A stretch of 64,000 bases of DNA, taken from positions 65,658,001 through 65,722,000 of the forward strand of contig NC_042997.1 in assembly GCF_006345805.1 (NCBI RefSeq), written 5' to 3'. The stretch comes from Octopus sinensis. Taxonomy: Eukaryota. The position numbers were made by a program, and so were the translations under genes. Positions 50,730 through 64,000 of this stretch are shown here, in pieces (within the stretch, counting starts at the first letter, position 1; each line of letters opens with the position of its first letter). The notes below the pieces were generated by a model that was not told the origin of the DNA, did no database searches, and saw only the letters and a program-made list of their open reading frames with translations.

Positions 50730-50952
50730 TGCGCGCGTATATGTGTGCGAGCGTGCGCATGCGTGTGCGTGCATGCGTGTGCGTGCATGCGTGTGCGTGC
50801 ATGCGTGTGCGTGCATGCGTGTGCGTGCATGCGTGTGCGTGCATGCGTGTGCGTGCATGCGTGTGCGTGCATGCGTGTGCGTGCATGCGTGTGCGTGCAT
50901 GCGTGTGCGTGCATGCGTGTGCGTGCATGCGTGTGCAAGCATACGCGTGCGT
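50730..50952. repeat. 14-bp minisatellite (GCGTGTGCGTGCAT) x~12.5
   Basis: Seen directly; perfect units from 50761 to about 50936. Confidence 0.95.
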
Positions 50953-51107
50953 TAACGATAACCCATTTGTTTTTCAAACGACTATTTTTATCATTCTTTA
51001 TATTCTTCTGATGAAGTAATAAACACGTTAAAATTCTATCCCTTCTTTTTAAGTACTGATTTTTGTCCTTCCCGGGATGTCTTCTTTCTTTATGTACTTA
51101 TCGCCAA

Positions 51108-51150
<43 letters not shown>

Positions 51151-51414
51151 ATATATATATACATATACATACATACATATATATACACATATTTATATAT
51201 AAATATATATTACTGTACATATATGAGTGTGTGTGTGTGTGCATATATAAATTTATATGCCATAATTTGTTCATCCCTGATCACTTTACCTATTACTGCT
51301 CGATAATCGACTGACACTTTCATATATAAATGTATGTTAAGTTCTAACACCAGATATTTAGTATCGATATGCCTAAGGGAAATAATAATAATAATGATAA
51401 TAATAGTAATAATG

Positions 51415-51467
<53 letters not shown>

Positions 51468-51559
51468 GTTGATGATAATGATAATAGACAAGACGAAGAG
51501 TGCGGTTTTTATAATGGCGCATAAAAGTATTTGCAAGTTTCCAATAATCCCAAATGTCT

Positions 51560-52025
51560 GTGCTAATACGTCTAATCCTTGAAAACTGACAAAAATAAAT
51601 CAACACAAGGAATATATAAATTTGTCCGCCGTCACAAGCTCCAAGAATATTTTTTGAAAGAATTGGTAACCGGATGTTTGAAAACACCATGTCTATTGAA
51701 AAAAATGATAATGATGATCGAATCTGGCATAACTGGATTTCACAGAATCAAAATTTTTATCCGGATAAAGTTCGGGAGAGACAAACACAAACACTGTTGG
51801 AATTTCTCGAATCTTGTCAGACAGTAATTACGGAAAGCCTTAAAGCCTGTCAGAAAAAGAAATGGAATAACCTTACGGATTCCCATCGTAGCGCACCCCA
51901 CCGCCTAGCAACAGTAGCGGATAAAGGAAGCGTTATTGTAATTATAGACAAGGACGGGTACATTTCAGCTTGTGAAGAAGTCTTAAGTGACAAAACTTCT
52001 CATGAAGAATTAACTGGAGATCATG
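51560..52025 (+). mobile_element. Penelope-like ORF N-terminal/RT-start fragment
   Basis: IYKFVRRHKLQEYF and VADKGSVIVIIDKDGYISACEEVLSD (PLE DKG motif). Confidence 0.7.
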
Positions 52026-52029
52026 TGGT

Positions 52030-52380
52030 ACTCATTTGTTGACCGTTTTTGATTTTCCGATCGCATGCAAATGGTTGCAGTCAGTTTTCTGGCTAACTTT
52101 AAGTTTTTTTGCCAGCTTTCGAGCCGTTTTACGTGGACCTTTCTTAACGACGGTCTTTAATTGATCGTCTTTGATGAAAGATGGGCGTTTTCTACGCTCA
52201 CGATCTTCAAGGCTCAGGTCTCCACTGCGAAATCGTTTCAGCCATTTTCGAGCTGACCACTCAGAGATCATTTCCTCACCAAACGCTTCGTTGATATTGC
52301 GAGCAGTTTCAGCTGCTTTTCGTCCTTTTTTGAAGTTGAATAGCAAAATTGCTCGAATATTGCATTTTTACAGTTCCATT
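52030..52380 (-). mobile_element. Mariner transposase N-terminal (HTH) fragment
   Basis: MLFNFKKGRKAAETARNINEAFG...WLKRFRSGDLSLED..R..RP...LAKKLKVSQKT..NHLHAIGK; catalytic domain absent. Confidence 0.85.
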
Positions 52381-52394
52381 TCAGATGATTGTAA

Positions 52395-52968
52395 CAATTT
52401 CTTCATTTACCCACAAAGGGCTAAACACAGATGGACAAATACAAACATATAAGTGGGGACGAAGAAAGACAAACGAAAGAGAACAATGAAAAAATGAATA
52501 ATGAAATGGAATGAAGCCACTCGACCCCACATCCGAGTGACTTCATTTACACTTTTTTTTTTACTTTTTATTTACAAATTTATAATTTAGTTTAACTTCG
52601 GCGGCAACTTACTGACGTTTGCTGTCACGCTTGTGTCCAATGTTTCTGTCCCACAGCTTCCATTAAACCAAAATACTTTTCTGGTGGGTTGGGGTTGGGG
52701 AATTTTGGGGCACTTGTCTGTGTTATTGTCTGTCTCAGAAGGGAGAGAGGGAGAGTTCGTGACAGCATGGGATCGGGTGGGAGTGGGGTAGAAGTAGGGT
52801 GGGGATTCACATTTTTTTCCTCAGACCTTTTTTTTTGTTTTCCTTCTTAAAGCTTGTGTCCATTCCTGCTCTTCTTCCTTTCCAGGCTCCTCCTCGCTTG
52901 TAGACGACTTCACCAGAGGCGGAGGTGAGACTTCTTCTTTTGCACTAGATGATCTCCACCATGCTTTC
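52395..52968 (-). mobile_element. 3' part of a second ORF1-like non-LTR element ending in the SINE A young tail
   Basis: EEEPGKEEEQEWTQALRRKTKKK, a Pro-rich stretch, a (TTCAT)-rich UTR, then TTTGTCCATCTGTGTTTAGCCCTTTGTGGGTAAATGAAG. Confidence 0.5.
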
Positions 52969-52998
52969 TAGATATATAGATAGATAGATACATGTATA

Positions 52999-53048
<50 letters not shown>

Positions 53049-53088
53049 CACACACACAGACATGTAAATGTATGTGTGTGTATGTAAG

Positions 53089-53145
<57 letters not shown>

Positions 53146-53278
53146 ATATATATAACAATTAAGGATAACCTCTTAATAAGGGATCTTAACAAGAAATTAT
53201 CGGGTAGTTAGCGTGAAAACCTCATAAAAGAAAAGAATTCGAAAATAATTTTTTTCTTTTGAACAAATTAATTATATC

Positions 53279-53411
53279 TATATTGTATAGAGGGCATTAT
53301 TACACATAAATGCCTCACACTAAGAGGGACAAAGTCATTACTCATAAATGCCTCTAGTAATGACTTTGTCCCTCTTAGTGTGAGGCATTTATGTGTAATA
53401 ATGCCCTCTAT

Positions 53412-53419
<8 letters not shown>
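53279..53419. repeat. Perfect 64-bp inverted repeat with 13-bp spacer, within a (TA)n-flanked insert (53155-53419)
   Basis: Arms 53279-53342 and 53356-53419. Confidence 0.9.
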
Positions 53420-53468
<49 letters not shown>

Positions 53469-53629
53469 ATACATACATATACCTTATTTTTTCTTGTTTC
53501 AGCCATTTTGACTGCAGCCATGCTGGAGCAGCGCCTAATATATATATGTGTGTGTCTGTCTGTCTTCTGTCTCTATGTGTGTGTGCACATATACGTATAT
53601 ATATATACATGTTCTTATATATAATTATA

Positions 53630-53788
<159 letters not shown>

Positions 53789-54619
53789 TTTAAAATTCAG
53801 TTCCGGATAGCGAACATGTGTTCTTAGTATGACATTTACTGCCTCACTCTTACTTACAATTTTAAAAACGTAAATTGAAGTGTTTGTACATTCAAACATT
53901 TGTAAACTACACATTCGATCCTGAGAAACTGCTTTTGAATTGTTCATGTTTGTTTTGTTTTGCTTTGGGGTGTTACATTTTCTGACTGTTGTTTTTCTTT
54001 TTGTTTTTTTTTATTCTTTTATTAGAAATAAATTGACATCTGTAAGGAGAACTCTCCCTATGCAACCAGCTGCACTTATCTCTTACGACGTGATAATATC
54101 AATGGGTACGAAATTTATTGACTATGTTCCTTTAGGTTACAAACTTTCACTTCTCTTTGCATTCAGAAACAGCTGCTAGCATTTTTGTCATGAATTTTGT
54201 AAACCTTACTTTCATTCATTGATATTATTTCTCTTTCTCCTTCGTTCCTTTTCTCTTCTCTCTCTCTCTCTCCCTCTCTCTCCCTCTTTCTCTCTCTCTT
54301 TCTCTTTCTCTCTCGCGTAAAGATACTGAAAATGTTCTCTAGGTAGTATGACGCCATCGTAAAAACTTAGTGTTGCTCTGACTTTCTTACTTTGCTCGTC
54401 AACATTACATAATCCTCATCATTATCATCATCTTCGTCGTTGTTGTCTTTGTCACAGTCATCGTCACCATCATCAGCATCTGTCATCAGATGAAGCAGCG
54501 ACGACATTCAGTATCTTCATGACCATGATCTTAGTGATCACGATCATGTTTATGAACGTTATCATCATCAGAGAATATTTGAATTTGTGTGTGTAAATAT
54601 ATATATATATATATATATA

Positions 54620-55222
54620 TACTAGCAGCTAAGCCCGGTTTCACTCGGTTTGTTTGGATGATGTGACTGTGATCGTTTTCGGTTAGGCATAATTTGATTT
54701 ATGGAAAAGATTATGTTAAATTTTTGAAATGCAAATATGTGAATGAAAATTAATTTCAGGCCTCTACATGTTAGCTAGACCTGGTAGAAATAGCAGCCAA
54801 ATCTCTCTCAAAACACCCTTGTGTCCTAATCCGACAATTCTGCATATTATGTAGTTTAAATGAGAAACTGTAAGTAAAAGTTATTAATCCCACAAAGAGG
54901 TGAAAGACGAGAGAGAGCATAGCGAAAGTTTTGGCTGACTGTCATCCTGTACTCCCTTTGTTGCTAGCGAAATGGTATATGCCGGCTGTGTAAGCAACTG
55001 GTTGTTTTAACGGCGGAACAAAGAGGGGAATTCCATTAGAAAAGTTTTAATCGCTTTTCTTAGTTACTATGGGGGCTAGGAAAAGTACAAACCGCAACAC
55101 AATCTACGCACCCGTTTCCACAAGTGTGCCATTTTCACGCGAATCCATCCAACCGTTTGGCTGTGAACCTCAAGACAAGAAATAATACAACGATCGCCCA
55201 TTTCCAGTTTATATAATAGATA
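54620..55222 (+). mobile_element. Non-autonomous Helitron-like (Lep1/HINE-type) element in (TA)n
   Basis: Starts ACTAGCAGCTAAGCCCGGTTTCACTCGG; subterminal ttttcacgcgaatccatccaaccgttt; ends TTTATATAATAGAT. Confidence 0.55.
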
Positions 55223-58200
55223 TATATTCCGACACTAATTTATATGCATGAGCATGTGTTTAAGCGTCCGTTACTTTTAATAAGCTATTACATCATTCAT
55301 CAACCCTTCTTTAAAAATGGGAAGGCGGGTTTCTGAGAAGCAGTATATTTCCAGTAAAAAATGACAAGCGAATGAAAGTTTGATACAAAGAAGCGGATGT
55401 AAAGAAAATAAGAGAAAATGGGAGGAGGTGGGAGAATTGTTAAGAGGGGAAGGTAGATACTGACGGTGAATGAAACGATAGGAAGAGATTTCTTGTTAGG
55501 CGTTCAGAAAAATTATAAAACATCAACAGTTTTATATTCGTGCTAGCTTTTTCCAACTAACTATAACTAATTGGACAGTGTAGCGTGATTGAAGTTATAC
55601 TCAGTTGTTGTTGTTTGTTGTTTAACCCTGGCTCGGCCGTATTTCAAGCCGCAGACATATTTTCCTTCTGTATGTTTTGTTCAAACATATAGTATCAAAA
55701 ATTACATTCCCATTGTGTTTAATCTGACAATTTTGGTTTGTAATTTCAATGTTACAAGTGGTAGGACTACGCCAGATTAATGCATGATTAAAATTTAAAC
55801 CAGAAAATCTCACAAGTATCAAAATTTGCTAAGAGATAGAGTATCTAGAATTACATTATATAATGAATCACTTTGGCTCGTATTTAGCAAAATAAGCAAT
55901 AGAACAGTGCCAGATTTGGATAAGTTGAGGCCTCAAGTTATATAATACTTGGTAGCTTTTTGTTAAATATCTACACCAGAAGATCTCACTAACAGTCGAA
56001 ATGTGTTCAGATATGGAGTATCTAGGATTACACTCTTCAATGTCAATGTGTTATTTTGTGGCATAAACTGTAAGATCGACTCGGGTATAGAATAGAGGCG
56101 GTCTTACGCTTATAGGTCTAGTGTTAGATAAATACACTGGAAGTTCTCTCAGAAATCCAAAGCATATATGCCCTTCTTACTATTGATATTCTAAGCTATA
56201 GTTAGCTTCACTTATGCTGAAATCCGAATCTGCAATAGCAATATAACTATTATAATTGGTTTTATTATTTGATGCAAAAAGGCTTGAGAACTGGCACAAT
56301 TGTAAATACTCGGGTCAAAATACTTAGCACCATTTCTTCCAGCTTTACATTTTGAGTTCAAATTCCACAGAATTTATAGCTACAGTTGTCAATAAATATG
56401 CCTTTTTCAAAACATAATATAGGATTTTTTTAGTAAATACATTCTACTTAATTACTTGTCTACCATCATACTTTATTACATGTTAAGGCAAACGCACTGC
56501 CTTGCCAGAAATTTGCTTAAGCCGAATATTCTTTGTTTGAGAAACATGGCTTGATCACCCTTTTTTAAATCTCAACTGCAAACCTCTTTCTTGTATTCTG
56601 GGGAACCTTACCAGTAAGTTCTGCCTGACAATTGGATTCATTTGGTTGTTTGTGCTCTTGCTACCATTCGTTCAGACTTATTTGAATACGTATATAAACG
56701 TCCCATATCATAGCAACAAGTTCCTGAAGTATCTCATTTGAAAGCAGTAAAAATTTAAAGTAACAAACATTATCCTGTGAATATAAAAAGATCAGAGAGA
56801 CCGTCAGAGAGTCCCATCATTTATTTTATGTTCAATATTGAATAATTATTTTCTTAGCTGTAGACGTCATTGAAAATGCAAACATTTATGTACAGTGAGG
56901 AATTTAAGTCATTTCCATAACATCTCAAAACGATAGGAGTGTAATGCAGCCCACAACTGTCTTGACAAGGAAATATAGAAAATGTGTAAAACATGGAAAA
57001 AATACTATAGTAAACGATGACATGCATGTTTATTCTTAATACGTTTCCATAAATTCGAACGCAAATATACTAACTGTTGTTGTGTACGACACGGGAGAAC
57101 AGCTACTTAATACAAAAATGTTCTTCATAAAACACACCACCCATTGGTGCACGGGATTTTGGGACACCGGTATTTCAACATGTATCTTGCCAGCCAGAGA
57201 TACGCAGAATCTTGCGTCTTATGGCTTTGCCCATGGCTTTGCTTAAAATTTTAGAGAACAGCTATTTCGCTGATTAGTGCTGGCATCTGTCAAAACTCTC
57301 TGTGTAAATTTATTTTTAATGCTATTGACAATCACTTTATTGTTTTAAAACTCCTAGGCAGTTGCAAATCGTTAAATAAATGTGTTGCGATATGATAAAA
57401 TAATCTATGTTGAATTTATATTTAATTCTCTGGCAAGAGCGTGTTTTATTAACTTATTGGATGCAATTATTGTTTGTGTTGTTGTTATTGTCGTTATTTC
57501 CATTTGTTTTGATGCTGAATTATTTGATGATGGATGATATATTTCCTCTTTTATAATATAAAATTATTCTGATTTGTTGTAAATAATTGTGTTGGACTAT
57601 TGGTCAAAATAGTTCCTTAGTTACTTAAATTTATTATTACTCGAATAAAATTCTCTTTATTAGTTTAAAAATACTCCAGTTAAATCATTTGTAATATTCA
57701 TATCATTTTCTAATGGAATAATTTCTATTATTTTACCACACTGGTGTTTTGATGAAGACACTCGTGCTGCAAAACTCGCAACGAAATTTCCCATATAATT
57801 ACTCAATACTAACTTAAACAGCAAAAAATAAACACAATTTCTAAACATATCCTGAATGACATGATAAATCTTAAATAATAAAAGCACAATAGCAATTCAA
57901 CAACGAGAACGATTAAAAACATGAACAACAATATCAACAACACAAACTATCATTTTTAATTACACCCAAAAATAACGCCTGGCAAACAATGACACGAACA
58001 ACACAACACAAATGAATAACAACAGAAAAACAATTCATCATAATCAGTCTTAATTGCAACCTATAAAATAAAATATCGTACAGAAAACAGTATTTTTTAC
58101 ATTTGTTACTAAAAATTTGGACAACGTAAAGGATCTCTTAATACTAATTACTAGCCAGCAGAATTTTAATTATGCTATTAATGGACCTATGCTGTATATT

Positions 58201-58818
58201 AGTGTCTAACATCATATGTAAATGTGAACCAGCTTGGTTCTCAACAATAGTTAGAATCACGCAAGGACGTGTTGTTAAAACATTCACAACGGAATCACGT
58301 GATTAAGTTATAAAAATGATATGGTGAGACCCGTGCTGAACGTTATTGGTGTAATTATGGTTTCTACATTTTAAAATACTTTTCGTCCTATGCGTTTTTT
58401 ACGGTAGTCTTCCTTATTGACATATTAAGGAGAGATTCGCAATTGTAAGTTACCATGTCAATGCCAAATGAAAGAAGCAAAGAACAGAGGGGAAAGAAAG
58501 TAAAGGGTACATCAGACACTACGTTTTTGGGTGTTGATTGGGCAGGGCTGAAGCTACATTTCTGTAAAAAATATATTAAAAGCGGATTTTTTAATATTCT
58601 ACAATTTATTTTAAACTGAAAAAAAGTTAACTAGAACAAGATTTATCAATACACTCACATACACACATATATATATATGTATACATATATATACATATAC
58701 ATACGCACATATATGTAAATAATACATACACACACACACATATAAATATATATATGTGTGTACACACACATACATTTCATATATAAATATTGTCATACAC
58801 ACATACATATAGATAGAT

Positions 58819-58852
<34 letters not shown>

Positions 58853-58869
58853 ATATATATATATATAAG

Positions 58870-59265
58870 AAGAAGAAAATGGATATAATAACAATGGGAA
58901 ACTCATGGTTTACGCTGGCATGTCTTTAATTAAATAGGTAACAAAGGTGCAACTAAGAACCAAATAATTTTCTGATATAATACGCATCTATCCAGCTTCA
59001 GAAATTGGAATCAGGCAAACTCAGCAGGACTTAGTGCATACATATGAGAACTTAAGGATAAAAAACATAGATTTTAGCTTAAACTGGCGTATACTCACAA
59101 AAACAACTTCCCACAACTCCGAAAGTAGACGCTGCGATCTCTGCCTATCAGAACGCCTAGCTATACTCAAGGCTATACAAAATCTTCTCAACAAGAAATT
59201 TGAGAACAACATTTTTTTGTCCCCACATGTGCCAGTATGTATTTTCGAAATACTGGTAGAATAGC
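58870..59265 (+). mobile_element. Penelope-like GIY-YIG endonuclease C-terminal fragment
   Basis: HLSSFRN...SAGLSAYI*ELK, then IDFSLNWRIL...RRCDLCLSERLAIL...NLLNKKFE. Confidence 0.75.
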
Positions 59266-59292
59266 CTCTATTGTCTTCGTGTAGTGCTATAC

Positions 59293-59368
<76 letters not shown>

Positions 59369-59379
59369 ACACACACACA

Positions 59380-59426
<47 letters not shown>

Positions 59427-61494
59427 TGAGCATACTCAATTTGATTTATACGAAATAAGTTACGAACATGAATGGGCTATTACCTTTGGCTATATATAAG
59501 GATCCCTTTCAGGAGCGAATGAGTTATTTCCCTTGGATGTTTAAAAATAATATAATAGTTATATGTAGTAGATATAAGAAAGAATAAAAAGAGTCAAAGG
59601 AGCTAGTTGGATGTGATAGCAACTTTCTCTGTCATTGTCAAGGTGACGATCACACGCCACGCACCTTTCTTCCAAGCACTACTGTAAACAGTAGTAGTGA
59701 GCTAGAACGTTTAAACTTAGTGCACATCCATGCATGTACAACAGTGTTCAAGATCAATCTGTGCCAAGCGACTTTAGTCTGCGTGCTTTAGCTTCATTGC
59801 TATACCAACAGTCCTGATATTTATTGATCAGACCATGTATATATGCATGTGTGTGTAAGTGTTTTAATATATATATATAATCAATTTTAAAAAACAGAGA
59901 AATGAAAGAAAAAACAAACGTGTGGACGTGGCACAAGCAATGTATTAATAACACGCACAGAGGAGGAAAGGAGTAGTAGTTTTACGTTTCGAGCATAACT
60001 CGCATAGTATCAGGTTAAGACAAACAACAAACCAGATGTTGTTCAATTACTGAAACCAAATCAAAAGAAAAACAAATGGTTTTAATATATGAATGACACG
60101 TGATTCTTACATCATTGGTACTGGATTTTAATTCATGATTTAAGCAACAGATTGGAAAGGATGCCTTTACGACATTGAGAAATGGAAAAACACAATTCAA
60201 ACTTTTCAAGGTTTTTTTTTTTTTTTCAATTTCCTTCAAGTATTTAGAAATTAATGAAATGTATTTTGCCGAAACAGCTTTATTGTTCTTTCTTGATTTC
60301 TTCTCTTGTATTTCATAGCATGTCCTATTTTCAGCGACTCAAAAAGAAAAAAAATATGTAAATAGTTGAAAAACCATTCCCAATTCCCTATGAATGCTGT
60401 GTTAGTCGCAGGAATCTGCATTCTGTATATATACAACTAAAAATGGATTATCCAGCGTAAAGCTATTGTTTCTTTCTTTTCATGTTGTTTCAAGTCATTT
60501 CAATTACTTCTACTCTAACTCTTCTACTGCATTTTCTATGCACAAATACGTACATAAATGTGTGTCTATGTGTATGAGTGTGTATGTGTGTGTATGTGTG
60601 TGTGTGTGTGTGTGTTATCTATTATGTTCTTGTACCAAATCATTTTCTCCCATCTTCATTTCCGTTATGAACATATAACAAATAAATTATATTATAAAGA
60701 ACATATATTGAGCATGACGTATGTACGCACTTACATACAGACGCATACACATCTACATGCTCACGCACAGAGACACACAGACTCACGTACACAAACATAC
60801 ATACGTCTTAAAGGCCTGTATCTGACGAAAAATAATATCTCCAAACTATATAGTAAGCAAGTTTATCATATTAATTAAGAGGACACCACTAAAGATATTG
60901 TTTTCACTTGTAATAGTGGATTACACTGCAGTGTTCATTGTTTCTCTCTCTACGTGCCTAAGACAGTATCTGAGGGTTCGGCAGCCTAGATTAACAAGAC
61001 GCAGATAATTGTAGTGTATTGGCGTAGTAAGAACCGCAACAAAAACATTATGCATACGCTGAGATGAGAGGGCGTCACGAAGTGGCTTCAATTCTTATTA
61101 GAAGTTTCTTCCCGTTCAGTACTAATATCCGTAAGAAAATAGCACGAACGTCACCTGCTATATTCCCTATTCTTCCAGGATATTGATTAGAAAAAAAACG
61201 CTACGGCGGTATTTGACTTAAGCGCGCAGAGAACCCAGAACAAATACTGGATGTTTTTTTGTTACAAGATCTAATGAATCAGTCATTTCAATTTTGGACC
61301 AGTTGAGAACTTAAATGGTTAATCTCACTTTGATATAGAGTGATGAGGGGAGTTATTTTGTTATAGATGTCAGAATTATAGAAACGTAAGTCAGTTCTAG
61401 TGAAGGTTTTGATTAGAAATGGAAGTGACATAATTAGGCATCGCAAAGTATATAGCCGGTACACTATCGCGTTTACCTTTCCACGGCAGTAAAT

Positions 61495-61900
61495 AATATT
61501 GATTTCAAATTTTGTCACAAGGCCAGCAATTTCGGAGTAGGGAATAAGTCGATTACATCTAGCCCAGTGTTCAGCTGCTACATATACTGACTTCGGAAGG
61601 ATAAAAGGCTAAGTCGACCTTAGCAGAATTTGAGCTTCAAACGTAAAGACGGACGAAATGCCGCTAATCATTTTGCCGTACGTGTTATCGATTCTGCCAG
61701 CTCGTTATTCTAATCCCGCGAGACGGAACAGCAATAAATAATATTACTTTCTCACATAAGTACAAGGTCACAAATTTTAGATACGGCACTGTTTAAGTCG
61801 ACCCCAATTTTGACTATTACTTATTAAGTTAACCAAATAAATATAAAATGCAGGGGTCGACACAAATTTTAGCTAAGAATGCAGATACGTAACGAGATAC
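61495..61900 (-). mobile_element. SINE family A (61495-61705) plus a degenerate second copy
   Basis: gtcgattacatc...aaggataaaaggctaagtcgacct...attctgccagctcg. Confidence 0.75.
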
Positions 61901-61988
61901 GGTAAAGCAGTTAGTTTCAGTGCTTTACTAAATCCAGTGAGGTGAATGTGATAGCGAAGTAATGAGGCAACGAAGAATTCCGCTACAC

Positions 61989-62216
61989 CAGTGGTTCTCA
62001 ACCACTGCATATGAACCTTAGGGATCTATGTTAAAATTTTATTGTTAAAATTTATGAGCAATAGTTTTAACAGCAGAAACATTTTTTTACGCAATTCTTA
62101 ATATTTAATTATAAAAATATAATAGGACTTTTAGACATCGAATGGCTATGTGGGTCCAACTAAGTAAAAGGGGAATCAAAGAGTAACCATATGTAAAAAA
62201 TGGTTGAGAACCACTG
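61989..62216. mobile_element. hAT (Charlie-type) MITE
   Basis: Perfect 16-bp TIR CAGTGGTTCTCAACCA; flanking 8-mers CGCTACAC/CGTTGCGC match at 5 of 8. Confidence 0.8.
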
Positions 62217-62816
62217 CGTTGCGCAGTCTCTCGACTTTCTAGAAACAAAAATCCAAATCTTTTGAAATTGATTCAAACGTTTTAAAGTGACTGAAATATG
62301 CTCATAAGGGTTAGGCTTCTCTCACAGAAATAAAAGATGCACTGGAATAAAATAAAATTGTTGGTACCAGGTATTGAATCCTAGTAACAAAGTCGAATCA
62401 CTAAGAGCTTTCTACAGTTTTCTATAGAATTTTCAGGAAGTTGTATAACGCAGAGGTATGCAAATTATTGCATTGAAAACTGGATTTTGTATTGAACGTT
62501 AAAGATTACATTAGCAGTGTGTTAAACACTTAATATGATATGCTTTGCATAAATATAATAAACATTACACTAACAATGTTTCTCATTATTGGTTAATCGA
62601 AAATGTATTGAATCAACATCAGTAAAGCATTTCATTAAAGACAAACAGAAAATATACTGAACGTTGTTTTATGAAACAGTTTCTGATATAATATAGATTA
62701 AAATAAACATTTTTGTATCTGCCATCTTATTGAACATACTCAAAACCACGTATGCAAACATGCAGGCATACACACGCATATCTGTATGTACAACAAATAT
62801 AGGAGGATAGATAGAG

Positions 62817-62852
<36 letters not shown>

Positions 62853-62853
<1 letters not shown>

Positions 62854-63013
62854 TGTTTCTTTATTAGCCACACAGGGCTGCACCAGATAGAACAAATTAC
62901 AAGGTAGAGCTTTTCTTTGAAGGTATTAAAAAAAAAAAAAAAAAGGGAAAGGGGGAGGTTCGATCAAAAGGGATCGTAAAAGGAGAGAAAGAGGACAAAA
63001 ATAAGTGGGGTTG

Positions 63014-63044
<31 letters not shown>

Positions 63045-64000
63045 GGGGGGGGGAGAGGAAAAAAATGATCAATAGGGATCGTTATCACAGAAATGTCAAT
63101 ATGAAGTGTAAAGGGGGGACAGGTGAGGTTTACCCGGGAAAGAAAGCCTGCGGAAAAGACCACGGTAACCTCGTCAATGAAGTCACATTTATATTTCTTT
63201 TTTTTTTTTTTTTTTTTTTGCAATAAGAACTCTCTGTTTTCGATTTCTGGGTTCATAGGACTATGCTCAAGTGGCTTCGTCATTCATACGTGCCATTCTT
63301 GCTACATTCACCCATCTTTTTTTAAAACATTCGCTAGACAAAACTTGCCTCTCTACTCTCCACTTTCCTTTTCAAGTGGTACTTGAAGAAGTTGATGAGA
63401 GATTGACCAGAGAGGAAAGTGTTTGTCTCCAATCCTTTCAGACGCGTCCACCAGATACATTCTTTCGCCATAGCCACAAGGATGATGAAAATAGCTCTTC
63501 CTTCCCGTTTGAAGGAAGGAGGCGTGACAATATTGACGATAGACTCAGCTGATAAACCGACTCGTCCCACACGTGACAGCAGTTGTTCGACATAAGCCCA
63601 CAGGTCGGAAATTGTTGGACACTGAACGAGTGCGTGCAGAACGGTTTCGTCGCTCTGACCGCATCTCGGGCAGGTCGGCCCCGTGTTTCTCGAGCCGTGT
63701 CTGTAGAGCTTATCCCGAACGGGTAGCGCTTCTCGGTAGCACTGCCAGGCCAGGGATCTCTGGAAGTTGTCCATGGGCCCTGGCCCGAAAGTCGTCCCGA
63801 ACAGGCGGGTCAGGTACTCCTCGTCGACGTCCAGGTTCGCCCCGAGCTCGTCGTCGTACCTCCCCTCCACTAAACCCCTATAGAATGCTTGGTTGTGTTG
63901 AAGTCACTTAAGGTCGACCCAGGACGGCAGAGTTGCTTGAGAGCAACGCGACACTCGCGGTGCCATTCGCCCTTCCTCGGCCTCTTTTTGATCCACGACT
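62853..64000 (-). mobile_element. Young L1/Tx1-type LINE 3' end (ORF2 zinc-binding domain and 3' UTR); runs off window
   Basis: LAWQCYREALPVRDKL...TCPRCGQSDETVLHALVQC (zf-RVT-like); GC-rich; ends GCCCTGTGTGGCTAATAAAGAAAC next to (TATC)n. Confidence 0.9.

Noticed and set aside
52032-52346. SETMAR host gene
   Set aside because: Only the mariner HTH part is present, truncated, with no SET domain or catalytic region.

Overview
AT-rich eukaryotic DNA made almost entirely of repeats. I found no credible host protein-coding exon; most listed ORFs are translated microsatellites. The two dominant tRNA-derived SINE families and the (TA)n/(TATG)n/(TTA)n landscape look like an octopus genome (inference from recognition, not from a search). 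Recognisable contents: many SINE copies; fragments of CR1-group, L1/Tx1, R4/Dong-like and RTE-like LINEs; a mariner fragment; MITE and Helitron-like elements; and at least nine Penelope-like element (PLE) pieces. Most notable is a set of minimal type I hammerhead ribozyme motifs from five apparently different repeat families. In one PLE family the terminal repeat (pLTR) places a tRNA-like Pol III promoter, an (AAT)n spacer and the hammerhead in series. There is also an ORF1-only (HAL1-like) element inserted in a SINE head, and 3' tails shared between SINEs and L1/Tx1-type elements. Coordinates were read by eye, and ends of degenerate repeats are approximate.
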